NCBI GenBank assembly: GCA_039715185.1
Contig: JBDLIA010000002.1
Span: 3,361-67,360 of the forward strand
DNA length: 64,000 bases
From: Gemmatimonadota bacterium
GTDB taxonomy: Bacteria; Gemmatimonadota; Gemmatimonadetes; Longimicrobiales; RSA9
Direction: 5' to 3'
The notes below the pieces were generated by a model. It saw only the letters and a program-made list of their open reading frames with translations. It was not told the DNA's origin and did no database searches. A program made the position numbers and the translations under genes. How positions within the stretch are numbered: position 1 is the stretch's first letter; each line of letters opens with the position of its first letter. Of the stretch, positions 1 through 9,923 are shown in pieces.

Positions 1-392
1 AGCAGGCGCTGCACCATGAACTGGACCTGCTCCTTGGTCGCCCGTCCGGTGCCCACGATCGCGTTCTTCACTTCCGCGGGAGAGTACTCGTGAACGGCCA
101 GGTCCCGGCGCGCCGCGGCCAGCAGCAGCACGCCGCGCGCCTGACCGAGGGTAATCGTCGTGCGCACGTTGCGGGCGTAGAAAACGCCCTCCACGGCGAA
201 CGCGTCCGGCGCGTGCCGCTCGATGATGCCGTCGATTCCCTCGAAGATATCGCGCAAGCGCTGGGGCAGCGGCAAGCGTCGATCGGTCCTGATGACTCCG
301 CACTCCACCAGCGACACGGCGCCGCCACTCTCACGGGTGACGACACCGTAACCGGTAACCGCGGTTCCTGGGTCGACCCCGAGCACCCTCAA
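1..392 (-). CDS. ruvC: Holliday junction resolvase RuvC (C-terminal end cut by window edge)
   Basis: My own minus-strand translation from TTG at 392 gives LRVLGVDPGTAVTGYGVV..FAVEGVFYARNVRTTITLGQARGVLLLAAA..EYSPAEVKNAIVGTGRATKEQV, a typical RuvC pattern. The TTG start overlaps the yebC stop (TTGA, 389-392). It is absent from the ORF track because it is open at the window edge. Confidence 0.9.
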   Translation of the reverse strand, partial: MRVLGVDPGTAVTGYGVVTRESGGAVSLVECGVIRTDRRLPLPQRLRDIFEGIDGIIERHAPDAFAVEGVFYARNVRTTITLGQARGVLLLAAARRDLAVHEYSPAEVKNAIVGTGRATKEQVQFMVQRL

Positions 393-1135
393 GACGCGGC
401 CGCCGCGGTGGCTTCGTCAACGTCCGCGTTGGAGTGGACCCGCTGGACGTCGTCGAGGTCCTCGAGCGCGTCCACGAGCCGCAGCAGGCGCTCGGCCTCC
501 GCCCCGGAAACCGCCACGGTGGCCTTCGCCACCATCGTCGGCTCCGGCGTCTCGCACTCCAGGCCCTGAGCCGCGAGCGACTCGCTCACGGCGTGGAGGT
601 CCGCGAACTCGGTGGTGACCACGAGCACGTCCCCGGCGGCTTCGACGTCTTCGGCGCCGGCCTCCAGGGCGGCCAGCATCACCAGGTCTTCGTCGTGGCG
701 CGTCGCGTCGATGAGGATCTGCCCCTTGCGGTCGAACTGCCAGGCGACCGAACCGGCCTGACCCAGGTTGCCTCCGTGCTTTTCGAGCGCGTGGCGAACC
801 CCTGCGACGGTGCGGTTGGTGTTGTCCGTCAGCGTCTCGATGTAGAGAGCCACGCCGCCCGGACCGTACCCCTCGTAGACGATCTCCTGGTACTCGACGC
901 CCTCCAGGTCGCCCGAGCCCCGGGCGATCGCCCGGTCGATGTTTTCGTTCGGCATGTTCGCGGCCTTGGCGGTGTCGACCGCCAGCCGCAAGCGCGGATT
1001 CGCGTCCGGATCGGGGCCGCCCGCCCGCGCCGCCACCGTGAGCTCACGGATCAGCTTCGTGAACATCTTGCCGCGCTTGGCGTCGTTTGCGGCCTTCTTG
1101 CGCTTGATCTGGGCCCACTTGCTGTGGCCGGCCAC
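389..1135 (-). CDS. yebC: YebC/PmpR family DNA-binding transcriptional regulator
   Basis: ORF 389..1705 contains AGHSKWAQIKRKKAANDAKRGKMFTKLIRE.., the family-typical N-terminus. I trimmed the start to GTG 1135 (M-AGHSKW), which lies 6 nt after AGGAGG. Confidence 0.9.
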   Translation of the reverse strand: MAGHSKWAQIKRKKAANDAKRGKMFTKLIRELTVAARAGGPDPDANPRLRLAVDTAKAANMPNENIDRAIARGSGDLEGVEYQEIVYEGYGPGGVALYIETLTDNTNRTVAGVRHALEKHGGNLGQAGSVAWQFDRKGQILIDATRHDEDLVMLAALEAGAEDVEAAGDVLVVTTEFADLHAVSESLAAQGLECETPEPTMVAKATVAVSGAEAERLLRLVDALEDLDDVQRVHSNADVDEATAAAAS

Positions 1136-1395
1136 GGCCACCTCCTGCGTCGGCTCTGGGGGGTCGAAAACGCCCCGGAACGGCGATTTCGGCGCCGAAA
1201 ACATAATCCTGGGCCGAGGGTCGATCAACGCGCGGGATTCGCGCCCCGGTGTGGGCGAACCGGGAGGGAACGCACGCGTTCGGGGGGGTAGCATCATCGG
1301 TCCGTCGGTCCGTCTTGGGATTGCTCGGATTACGTACATGAGATCAACGGCCGCGGGCCCGAACCCGGACCCGAGTCGGCCGATTGGAGGATATC

Positions 1396-1632
1396 GTGAG
1401 CATCGCCAAGGAGTGCGGCCGCTGCGACGGCTGCGGACACGTGGTCGCCAGCGCGCGCTTCGACATGTCGTGGTCGCGCTGGACCGGAGTCGCCAACGGG
1501 TCCGGCTCGGGCCCGGCGACGAGGATGTTTCGGCCGCGCATTTGCCCCACGTGTGAGGGCACGGGGCTGACCCCTCAGCCCATGGCGCCGGTGCGGAAGC
1601 CCTCCTACGAGCAGGTCGCGGACCTCTGGTAG
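1396..1632 (+). CDS. small zinc-ribbon protein with two DnaJ-type CxxCxGxG knuckles (hypothetical)
   Basis: This lies in ORF 1384..1632. GGAGG at 1386-1390 is followed by GTG at 1396. The motifs are CGRCDGCG and CPTCEGTG. A terminator follows. Confidence 0.45.
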   Translation: MSIAKECGRCDGCGHVVASARFDMSWSRWTGVANGSGSGPATRMFRPRICPTCEGTGLTPQPMAPVRKPSYEQVADLW

Positions 1633-1669
1633 CAGGCCCCGCGTGGATAACGCGCCCGTGATGCGCAAA

Positions 1670-1701
1670 GGGCGGGGTGGATCGACCACCCCGCCCTTTT
1701 T
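1670..1701 (+). terminator. Rho-independent terminator, possibly bidirectional
   Basis: The stem GGGCGGGGTGG (1670-1680) pairs with CCACCCCGCCC (1686-1696), followed by TTTTT (1697-1701). It lies between convergent genes, and the opposite strand has only a TTT tail. Confidence 0.65.
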
Positions 1702-1738
1702 CCATCCCGCCCCCGAGAGAGGGGGCGAAAAGCCGCAG

Positions 1739-2158
1739 CTACGTGGACAACTGCATGCAGCCCACGATGTCGCCCAGGTTGGTGGACGACTCGTGGATGT
1801 TCACGTAATACGAGCCCGCCGGATCCAGCCCGATGCGCAGCCGCGCGGTCGCGTCACCGTTGCCCGTAGCACCGACGCGGATGGGCGGGTAGTCGGTAAC
1901 CTGCCCGACCGGAGCGCCGCCGCTGCCGCAGGTGCCCTCGTGGACGTGCCACGGCCGGACCGCGCCGTTCGCGTCGCCCGCGAGCGCAACAGAGATAACC
2001 GTCTCCTTGATGCCGGCGTTGACGTTCGCCGCCGCCCGCATGTCGTCGTGCTCCTCGGCCTCGATCATGCCGGCCCAACTGTCCACCGGGCGCGCCTCGC
2101 CCGTCGAAGCACAGCCGACCAACAGCAGGGCGCAGAGTCCAGACGCCACCTTCTTCAT
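1739..2158 (-). CDS. lipoprotein, CHRD / Cu-Zn-SOD-like His motif (function uncertain)
   Basis: This lies in ORF 1739..2185. An internal start gives MKKVASGLCALLLVGC, a lipobox. WHVHEGTCGSGGAPVG resembles the HxH-G-C motifs of CHRD/SodC-like domains. Confidence 0.6.
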   Translation of the reverse strand: MKKVASGLCALLLVGCASTGEARPVDSWAGMIEAEEHDDMRAAANVNAGIKETVISVALAGDANGAVRPWHVHEGTCGSGGAPVGQVTDYPPIRVGATGNGDATARLRIGLDPAGSYYVNIHESSTNLGDIVGCMQLST

Positions 2159-2380
2159 CGTTCCTCCTCCGTACGGTGTCTCCACCTACTCCGAAAATCG
2201 ACCGGTCGATACAAGCCACCTACTCGCTCTGCAGGTTGCGCGCCACCGCGACGGGCGCCGCCCGTCCAGCACCCGGCTTGACCCGCTTCCGAGGCCACCG
2301 TCAGGTTGGAGGCCGCCCGGAATCGAGCCGCATTGTCAAGGGTTTAACGGTCTGATCGTTCGCTCGCAAGGAGTCTCCCC

Positions 2381-4297
2381 ATGATGGTCATCGCCCCGCT
2401 CGCCGCCGCCCTCGCGATCCAAGCCGCGGCGGCACCCGCGCCGGCGCGCATAGAGATAGACCCGGCGCCCACGGAGATCGAAGTGGGGGAGGCGATCGAG
2501 TTGCGGGTCGCCGCGTTCGCGGAGGACGGCACGCCGCTCTCAGCTCCCGAGGTTCGCTGGCTCGCGGTGACCCCCGAGTACGTGTCGCTTTCGCCGGCCG
2601 GGACGCTGACGGGGATCCGCCCCGGCCCCGGCCGAATCGCGGTGGTCGTCAACGGGGCGACGCACTTTCACGAGGTCCGCGTGCCGGATCTCCCCGTCAC
2701 CTTGATACGCGCTGCGCCCGCCGGGGCGGTCCGCGTGGGCATCTCGACGCCGCTGCGGGTGACGCCTCTGAACGCGCTCGGCGAACCCGTGCCCGGGGCC
2801 CGGCTTTCCTACGAGTCGCTGGATGAGGAGATCGCGCGGGTCGATGCCTTCGGCGCGGTCACCGGAGTTCGAGTTGGGGACGCCCGCATCGGTGTCAGCG
2901 CCGGCGCCGCGCGCACCGAGCTGAGCGTGAGGGTGGAAGAGAACCCGGCCACTGCCTACGACCTCACGCCGTCTTCGGCGTCCGTGCGCACGGGGGACGT
3001 GGTCCGCCTGCGCGCCGTGGGACTGGGCGCCGACGGCGCTCGCTCCGTGGAGGGCTTCCACCCGTCCTGGTCGGTGTCGGGGGCCGGAGCCGAAGTCGAG
3101 GTCGAGGGAGAGGAGGGCGTGTTCGTCGCGGAGGATCCCGGGACCTACCGGGTGGGCGCTCTCTTGGGCCCCTACGTCTTCGCAGAGGCGGTCATCGAGG
3201 TCGCGCCGCGCGAACACTCCGCGCGCGTGGAAGTCGTCGGGCACGGGCCCAGCGTCGACCACCACTCCGGCGATGTCTGGGTGTTCGAGGGCGCGGACGG
3301 CCGCGATTACGCCTACATCGGCACCTTCCTGCACGACTGGATGAAGGTCTGGGACGTGACCGATGCGACCAACCCGGTCCTGGTCGACTCCATGCAGCTG
3401 GACGCCAGGCGGATCAACGACGTGAAGATCCACCCGAACAACCGCATCGGCATCCTGACCCGCGAAGGCGCCGCCAGCAGGCGCAACGGCATAGTGCTCC
3501 TCGACCTCTCGGAGCCGGCGCACCCCAGCGTCATCTCCGAATACACGGAGACCGTGTCCGGGGGCGTCCACAACGTCTGGATCCGGGGCGAGGAGAACCT
3601 GATCTACGCGTGCCACAACGGCACCGGCGATCTGCACATCATCGACATCTCGGATCCGGCGGCGCCACGAGAAGTGGGCCGCTGGGGGCTGGACAAGCCG
3701 TTCAAGACGCTGCACGACGTGATCGTGCAGGACGGCTACGCCTACCTCAGCTACTGGGACGATGGCGCCGTGGTTCTGGACGTGGGCGCGGGCACGCACG
3801 GCGGCACGCCCACCGCGCCGACGTTCGTCAGCAGCTACAGCTATCCGCAGGGCAACACCCACGTGGCGTGGCGCCACGGCCGCTACCTGTACGTGGGGGA
3901 CGAGCTGTTCCCGGACGGGTGGGATCCCCAGAAGCCGATCGAAGCGCGCGGCTACATCCACGTCCTCGACATGAGCGACATCGACTCGCCCCGTGAGGTG
4001 GCCCGCTACGAGGTGCCCGAAGCCGGCGCGCACAACGTCTGGGTGGAGGAAGACAGGCTCTACGTCGGTTACTACCAGGCGGGGCTACGGGTCGTGGACG
4101 TTAGCGGAGAGCTGCGGGGCGACCTGTACCGGCAGGGCCGCGAGATCGGCTACGTGATCCCGCTCGACGATCGGACCACCGTGCCCAACTGGCCCATGAC
4201 GTGGGGCGCCCAGGTCTTCAAGGGCAACGTCTTCACCGCCGACCTGAACTCGGGGCTGTGGGTGGCCAAAGTGGTTGACGAGCGGCCGGTTTCGTAG
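2381..4297 (+). CDS. secreted Ig-like (Big_2-type) repeats plus LVIVD-repeat beta-propeller protein
   Basis: The 638-aa ORF has an N-terminal signal-like segment. Repeated Ig-like modules (VTPEYVSLSPAGTLTGIRPG, ARVDAFGAVTGVRVGDARI) come first. LVIVD-type blades follow (HDVIVQDGYAYLSYWDDGAVVLDV; HNVWVEEDRLYVGYYQAGLRVVDVS). Confidence 0.8.
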   Translation: MMVIAPLAAALAIQAAAAPAPARIEIDPAPTEIEVGEAIELRVAAFAEDGTPLSAPEVRWLAVTPEYVSLSPAGTLTGIRPGPGRIAVVVNGATHFHEVRVPDLPVTLIRAAPAGAVRVGISTPLRVTPLNALGEPVPGARLSYESLDEEIARVDAFGAVTGVRVGDARIGVSAGAARTELSVRVEENPATAYDLTPSSASVRTGDVVRLRAVGLGADGARSVEGFHPSWSVSGAGAEVEVEGEEGVFVAEDPGTYRVGALLGPYVFAEAVIEVAPREHSARVEVVGHGPSVDHHSGDVWVFEGADGRDYAYIGTFLHDWMKVWDVTDATNPVLVDSMQLDARRINDVKIHPNNRIGILTREGAASRRNGIVLLDLSEPAHPSVISEYTETVSGGVHNVWIRGEENLIYACHNGTGDLHIIDISDPAAPREVGRWGLDKPFKTLHDVIVQDGYAYLSYWDDGAVVLDVGAGTHGGTPTAPTFVSSYSYPQGNTHVAWRHGRYLYVGDELFPDGWDPQKPIEARGYIHVLDMSDIDSPREVARYEVPEAGAHNVWVEEDRLYVGYYQAGLRVVDVSGELRGDLYRQGREIGYVIPLDDRTTVPNWPMTWGAQVFKGNVFTADLNSGLWVAKVVDERPVS

Positions 4298-4315
4298 GCC
4301 GACAGGAACGGAATC

Positions 4316-4741
4316 GTGAAGCCTCGCACCGCGCGCGGCCTGGCACTGGTCCTGGCCGCGCTTGCGCTGTGGCTCGTCGCCGACCGGCGCGAGGACACCG
4401 GCGCGCCGCCGCCGCAGGTCATCGAGGCGCTCTTCGAACGAGGGGCGTCCGGGGTCTTCGTGGAGGCCTTGGGTGTCGTGGACCGGCTGCTCCCCGATGA
4501 CAACTCGGGCTCGCGCCATCAGCGCTTCGTGGTGCGCCTCGCGTCCGGGCACACGGTCCTGATCAGCCACAACATCGACCTGGCTCCACGCGTCGAGAAC
4601 CTGGCCGCGGGAGACTCCGTCAGCTTCCTGGGCGAGTACGAGTGGAACGAGCGCGGCGGCGTCATCCACTGGACGCATCACGACCCGGACGGCCGACGCG
4701 CCGGCGGCTGGGTGCGCGCGCACGGCCGCGAGTACCGGTAG
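4316..4741 (+). CDS. DUF3465-like secreted protein
   Basis: GTG start with a signal/TM segment. HQRFVVRLASGHTVLISHNIDLAPRV..GEYEWNERGGVIHWTHHDP matches the DUF3465 pattern as I remember it. Confidence 0.7.
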   Translation: MKPRTARGLALVLAALALWLVADRREDTGAPPPQVIEALFERGASGVFVEALGVVDRLLPDDNSGSRHQRFVVRLASGHTVLISHNIDLAPRVENLAAGDSVSFLGEYEWNERGGVIHWTHHDPDGRRAGGWVRAHGREYR

Positions 4742-4763
4742 TCCTTCCCACCCGGCCGAAGGC

Positions 4764-6488
4764 CTATCGCCCCAGTCCCCAGCCGGCCATGCGGTCCAGC
4801 ACGACGTACTCGGGCCGTATGTCGACCGGCACCCCCGCCAGACGCGGCAGAAAGTCCCGCATTGCCTCCGGAGCCGCGCCGTAGTCGGCACGGAGCGCCG
4901 CCGCCGCCGCCAGGTCCCCTTCCGCCTGGATGCGCAGGATCTCGGCGGCGAGCGCGCGGTTAGCCTCCACGTATGCGGGAAGGTCGAGCGCGAACGCCCC
5001 CACCTCCTCGTCGAACAGGATCGCCCCGCGCTCCCACGCCCACGCGAACTGGATTGCCGCCGCCTGTCCGTGCGCCTCCTCCACGCCGAAGCGCACCGAC
5101 CGGAACAGGTCGGCCAGGTGCGCCCGGTAGGCCCCACGCACGAACGCCGCCTGGTAGAGCCCCTCCTCGGCCAACACGCCCAGGGAGTGCAGCCCCACCG
5201 CGTCCGCCTTCGCCTCTTCGAGCGCGGAGTGGTGTTCGCGGAGCGCCTGGTGGACCGGCACTCCCGAGCCGCCGGCCACCACCCCGGGACCCAATCCGTG
5301 GGCCAGCTCGTGCAGCAGAACGGCGGTAAACCACGGGTCGAATTCGATGGCGGACGCCATCACGGGGCCCAGCACCAGCTCCGCGATGGGGGTGAGTATC
5401 AGCTCGAACTTGGCTCGCGACACGTTGCGCAGCATGACCTTCTTCGAGCCCTTCTCGCTACGAACCCGCTCGTCGTTGGGAAGGTTGAAGGCGATCGTCT
5501 GCACGCCCGCCCGCGCATCACCACCCGCGTAGATCAGATCGACCACGCGGATGGGACTCTCGAAACTCCGGTCCAGGTCCTTGTACCGGTCGGCCACCGG
5601 CAGCCGCCCCTCCAGGAAGCGCATGCGTCCCTTGAGGCCGTCGAGCTCCGCGGACGCGGCCGAGTCGGCGAGCGCGATGAAGCTCTCGAACGCGGCCTTG
5701 GCGCCCCGGAGGCCGTCCTCGTAGACCTCGTACGGACCGATGGTCGGCTCGATCCTCGTGCCGCCTATGTCCATCCACGCGACGTCGCTGGCGTAGTAGT
5801 CGTCGGACCGGAACGCGGCCGCGCGCAGCTCCAGATACGCGGCCAGGCTGGCGTCTTCGGCCGCCTCCGCGGCCTCCAGCAGCAGCGCCGCCGCGCGCTC
5901 GAGCTCGGCGCGGTACTCCACCGAATAGGGGATGGATATGAGCGTCCCGTGCTCGCGGCGCAGCACGCTGAAGTAGCCCGTGAAGGCCTCCCGGTCCTCG
6001 GGGTGCTGGGCCAGCCACTCGTCCAGTTCGCCGCTCGACAGGTCGGCGGGGTAGAAGCCCGCGCCGGCCGGCCTGGCGCCCACATCGAGGAACGGCTGGT
6101 TGCCATCGAGGCGGTCCCAGGGGCCCGCCATGATGTCGAGGTACGCGACCGCGTCCTCCGCCCAGGGCTCGGTGGAAAGCGCCAGCCCCTGGTGGAGCTC
6201 GGCGTTCCGTTCGGACACCTGGCGCAGGAAGATCTCGTGCATGGCGTCCGAGGCCCTGATCAGCCGCTCGAGCACGACCTTCTCCCACGGCGCCAGCCGG
6301 TCCGTGTCCGCGTCGATGTCGGCGGGGGCGAAGCGCTCGACGCGCTCGGCGAGGGCCTGCGCGGATACGCCGGGGGCCAGGCGCGGACGGCGTGGAGCGT
6401 CCTCATCGGCGCAGCCGGCGGCCAGGAAGAGCGCCGCGACGATCGCCGGCGCGACCCGATCGGTGGCCGGGCGGGTGTTCCTTTTCAT
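4764..6488 (-). CDS. zinc metallopeptidase lipoprotein, DPP III (M49)-like
   Basis: This lies in ORF 4764..6524. The start MKRNTRP.. leads to the lipobox LAAGC. HELAHGLGP and the downstream EEAKADAVG resemble the two M49-like zinc motifs. Confidence 0.7.
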   Translation of the reverse strand: MKRNTRPATDRVAPAIVAALFLAAGCADEDAPRRPRLAPGVSAQALAERVERFAPADIDADTDRLAPWEKVVLERLIRASDAMHEIFLRQVSERNAELHQGLALSTEPWAEDAVAYLDIMAGPWDRLDGNQPFLDVGARPAGAGFYPADLSSGELDEWLAQHPEDREAFTGYFSVLRREHGTLISIPYSVEYRAELERAAALLLEAAEAAEDASLAAYLELRAAAFRSDDYYASDVAWMDIGGTRIEPTIGPYEVYEDGLRGAKAAFESFIALADSAASAELDGLKGRMRFLEGRLPVADRYKDLDRSFESPIRVVDLIYAGGDARAGVQTIAFNLPNDERVRSEKGSKKVMLRNVSRAKFELILTPIAELVLGPVMASAIEFDPWFTAVLLHELAHGLGPGVVAGGSGVPVHQALREHHSALEEAKADAVGLHSLGVLAEEGLYQAAFVRGAYRAHLADLFRSVRFGVEEAHGQAAAIQFAWAWERGAILFDEEVGAFALDLPAYVEANRALAAEILRIQAEGDLAAAAALRADYGAAPEAMRDFLPRLAGVPVDIRPEYVVLDRMAGWGLGR

Positions 6489-6712
6489 ACCTGTCTTTGC
6501 ATCCCCTTCCGGCGCGTTACTCATGAAACCCTGCCCGCGTTCGCGGGTGTGCTAACATTGGACCTCACGCGCGCGTCGGGAAGTAGTAGGGAGCCCGCCC
6601 GCCGTCCCCGTGAATGCCTCCGCGCCGGAGCAGGGTGGAACAACGCAGGCCCCGGCGTCGTTGAAGGAAGTGGAGGGGGCTGGGGTCATCCTCGAATTAG
6701 GAGAGTATTTCG

Positions 6713-9700
6713 ATGCCTCATGCTCGGCATCATGTCGCGCGACGCGCGTCCTTGCTGGTCCTTGCCGCGCTCACCGTCGCGCCCGCGGCGCTGGCGGCCC
6801 AGTACTTCGGCCGCAACAAGGTCCAATACGACGACTTCGACTTCCAGGTGATCAGAGCCGATCACTGGGATATCCACTATTACCCGGAAGAAGAAGAAGC
6901 CGTCCGCGACGCTTCGAGGATGGCCGAGCGCTGGTACGATCGCATCTCGGGTCTGCTGGATCACGACTTCCGCGTCAAGAAGCCGGTCATCCTGTACGCC
7001 AACCACCCCGACTTTCAGCAGACGAATACGACGAGCGGGTTCATCGGCGAGGGCACCGGCGGCTTCACTGAAGGCCTGAAGGATCGGCTCGTTATGCCGC
7101 TGACGGGCATATACGGCAGCAGCGACCACGTGCTGGGGCACGAGATCGTGCACGTCTTCCAGTACGACATGGCGGGCGCGGGCGTGGGCGGGCCGGGGCT
7201 GACGTCGTTGCTGCGCCTGCCCCTGTGGGTGGTCGAGGGGATGGCCGAGTACCTGTCGGTCGGGCGCTACGATCCGCACACGGCCATGTGGCTGCGCGAC
7301 GCGCTGCTGCGCAACGACCTGCCGGACCTGGGCCGGCTCACCACGGATCCCAACTTCTTCCCGTACCGCTTCGGGCAGGCGTTCTGGGCCTGGGTGGGCG
7401 GCACCTACGGCGACGAGGCGGTGGGCCGCATCTACAGGGCATCCCTCAGAGAGGGTCCCGGCGCGGCCTTCCAGAAGGTGCTCGGGCTGGACGCCGGCAC
7501 GCTTTCGGACATGTGGATCACGTCCATCCGCCGCGACTACCTGCCGGAGATCTCCGGCCGGGAGCTGCCCCGCGAGGTGGGGCGCCGCGTGCTCGCCGCC
7601 GACCTCGACGCGGGCGAGATGAACGTCGGCCCGGTGCTCAGCCCCGACGGCAGCCGCGTGGCTTTCCTGTCCGAGATCGACCTCTTCAGCATCAGCATCT
7701 TCGTGGCCGACGCCGAGACCGGCCGGGTCATCAAGCGCATCGCCAGCTCGGACACCGACCAGCACATCGACGCCCTGAGCTTCCTGGAGTCCACGGGCAC
7801 GTGGTCGCCCGACGGCTCGCAGTTCGCGTTCGTGGTGATCGCCGATGGCGACCATCAACTGGCCGTGGCGGACGTCGAGCGCGGCAGCTTCGAGCGCCGC
7901 ATCACGGTGCCCGGCGTGACCGCCATGCGCGACCCGGCGTGGTCGCCGGACGGCCGCCACATCGCGGTGACCGGCGTCGAGGGCGGTATCAGCGACCTGT
8001 ACGTGATCGACGTGGAGACGGGCGAGGCGCGCCAGATCACCGACGACCGCTTCGCCGACATCCACGCCGCCTGGTCGCCGGACGGGCGCACCATCGCGTT
8101 CGTGAGCGACCGCGGCCCGCAGACCGACTTCCAGCGGCTCGCCTACGGCAACATGCGGCTCGCGTTCGCCGACGTGGAGAGCGGCGACGTGACGATGCTC
8201 GAGCTGTTCGAGCAGGCCAAGCACATCAACCCGCAGTACTCGCCGGACGGCTCCGAGCTGTACTTCATCTCGGACCGGGGCGGCTTCAGCGACATATACC
8301 GGTACGAGTTCGGCACGCAGAAGGTCTTCCAGGTCACGCGCATCGCCACCGGCGTCAGCGGCATCACCGCGCTCGCGCCTGCGTTGACTGTGGCGCCCCG
8401 CAACGGCCGGGTCATGTTCTCGGTCTTCGAGGATGGCGGCTACCAGGTGAACGCGCTGGAGGGCGACGCCACGCGGGGGGTGGAGGTGGACCCGGCCGCG
8501 CCCGCGCCCACCCGCGCGGGGCTGCTGCCGCCCATGGACGCCGAAGGCAGCGGCGTCATCGACCTCTACCTGAACGATCCGGAGTTCGGCCTGCCCGAGA
8601 CGCCCGATGACTTCCCGCTCGACCAGTACAACTCCGGACTGGCCCTGGACTACGTGGGCAGCTCCGGCGTCGGCGTGGGCGTGGACCGCTTCGGCACCGG
8701 GCTGGCGGGCGCCGCGGCGGGCTTCTTCAGCGACCTGCTGGGCAACCACCAGATGGCGGTCGCCATCCAGGCGAACGGCGGCGTGAAGGACGTCGGCGGC
8801 CAGGCTCAGTACCTGAACCGCTCCAACCGCTGGGTCTGGGGCGGCGGGTTGTCCCACATCCCGTTCCTGACTTCCTTCGGCACGACGTTCGTCCAGGGCG
8901 TCGACGGGAACAACGACGGCGTGCCCGACCTGAATGGGAGTACGTTCTCGCAGCTCCTGCTGCGGGTGTTCTCGGACCAGGTGTCGCTGGTCACGCAGTA
9001 TCCCTTCTCGGTCACCAACCGGTTGGAGTTCGGCGTAGGCTACTCGCGGCTAGCGTACGACTTCGAGGTGCGAGAAATAGGCGCCGCGGGGAGCACGATC
9101 ATCTTCGACCGTACCCGGTCCGTCGAGCCCGAGGAGATCGGGCTGGAGAGCTTCCCGACCGCCCTGAACACGGTGGAGGCGTCCGCCGCGTACGTGGGCG
9201 ACTACTCGTTCTTCGGGTTCACCTCGCCCATCCGCGGCGGGCGGTATCGCATAGAGGCCGGCGCGACCACGGGCGACGTGTCGTTCGCGACCGGGCTGAT
9301 CGACTACCGGCGCTACTTCTTCGACAACCCCGTCACCTTCGCCGTGCGAGGCCTGACCTTCGGACGCTACGGAGGCGACGCCAACAGCAGCCAGCTCCAG
9401 TCGCTCAACGTGGGCACGGAGACGCTCGTGCGAGGGTACGCGGTCGAGAGCTTCGACCCGGATCTGGAGTGCACGGATACCGCGGTGTCGTTCTGTGAGG
9501 AGTTCGACGCGCTTCACGGCAGCAAGATCGTGGTGGGGAACGTAGAGGCGCGGCTCGCTTTGTTCGGCGTGGAGCAACTCGGCCTCATCGCCGCCTCGTT
9601 CCTGCCCACGGAATTGTTCCTGTTCGCCGACGGCGGGTACGCGTGGACCGGTGACCTGTCTCCGGACGTCGACGATCCGCTCAACGACAATCCGTTCTTC

Positions 9701-9862
9701 CGCAACCTGGTCGACGTCGACCGGGAGCCGGTCTTCAGCATCGGCGCGGGCACCCGCGTGAACCTGTTCGGCTTCTTCATCGGCGAGGTCTACTACGCGC
9801 TGCCGTTCCAGCGCCCCGAGAAGGGCGGCCACTTCGGCTTCGTGCTGTCGCCGGGCTGGTAG
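6713..9862 (+). CDS. multidomain outer-membrane protein: HExxH peptidase-like domain, TolB-type beta-propeller and Omp85/surface-antigen barrel
   Basis: 1049 aa with a signal peptide. HEIVHVFQYD is an HExxH motif. There are five or more PD40-like repeats (LSPDGSRVAFLSE, WSPDGSQFAFVV, WSPDGRHIAVTG, WSPDGRTIAFVSDR, YSPDGSELYFISDRGG). The C-terminus has barrel-like alternating strands ending in ..HFGFVLSPGW. Confidence 0.8.
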   Translation: MPHARHHVARRASLLVLAALTVAPAALAAQYFGRNKVQYDDFDFQVIRADHWDIHYYPEEEEAVRDASRMAERWYDRISGLLDHDFRVKKPVILYANHPDFQQTNTTSGFIGEGTGGFTEGLKDRLVMPLTGIYGSSDHVLGHEIVHVFQYDMAGAGVGGPGLTSLLRLPLWVVEGMAEYLSVGRYDPHTAMWLRDALLRNDLPDLGRLTTDPNFFPYRFGQAFWAWVGGTYGDEAVGRIYRASLREGPGAAFQKVLGLDAGTLSDMWITSIRRDYLPEISGRELPREVGRRVLAADLDAGEMNVGPVLSPDGSRVAFLSEIDLFSISIFVADAETGRVIKRIASSDTDQHIDALSFLESTGTWSPDGSQFAFVVIADGDHQLAVADVERGSFERRITVPGVTAMRDPAWSPDGRHIAVTGVEGGISDLYVIDVETGEARQITDDRFADIHAAWSPDGRTIAFVSDRGPQTDFQRLAYGNMRLAFADVESGDVTMLELFEQAKHINPQYSPDGSELYFISDRGGFSDIYRYEFGTQKVFQVTRIATGVSGITALAPALTVAPRNGRVMFSVFEDGGYQVNALEGDATRGVEVDPAAPAPTRAGLLPPMDAEGSGVIDLYLNDPEFGLPETPDDFPLDQYNSGLALDYVGSSGVGVGVDRFGTGLAGAAAGFFSDLLGNHQMAVAIQANGGVKDVGGQAQYLNRSNRWVWGGGLSHIPFLTSFGTTFVQGVDGNNDGVPDLNGSTFSQLLLRVFSDQVSLVTQYPFSVTNRLEFGVGYSRLAYDFEVREIGAAGSTIIFDRTRSVEPEEIGLESFPTALNTVEASAAYVGDYSFFGFTSPIRGGRYRIEAGATTGDVSFATGLIDYRRYFFDNPVTFAVRGLTFGRYGGDANSSQLQSLNVGTETLVRGYAVESFDPDLECTDTAVSFCEEFDALHGSKIVVGNVEARLALFGVEQLGLIAASFLPTELFLFADGGYAWTGDLSPDVDDPLNDNPFFRNLVDVDREPVFSIGAGTRVNLFGFFIGEVYYALPFQRPEKGGHFGFVLSPGW

Positions 9863-9886
9863 GCGACGCACCCGGGCCCGCGAGCG

Positions 9887-9918
9887 CGAAGGCGCATCCC
9901 TGCGGGGGTGCGCCTTCG
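9887..9918. terminator. GC-rich hairpin between convergent genes (putative bidirectional terminator, no U-tract)
   Basis: CGAAGGCGCA (9887-9896) pairs with TGCGCCTTCG (9909-9918). It lies between the stops at 9862 and 9924. Confidence 0.35.
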
Positions 9919-9923
9919 TCGCG

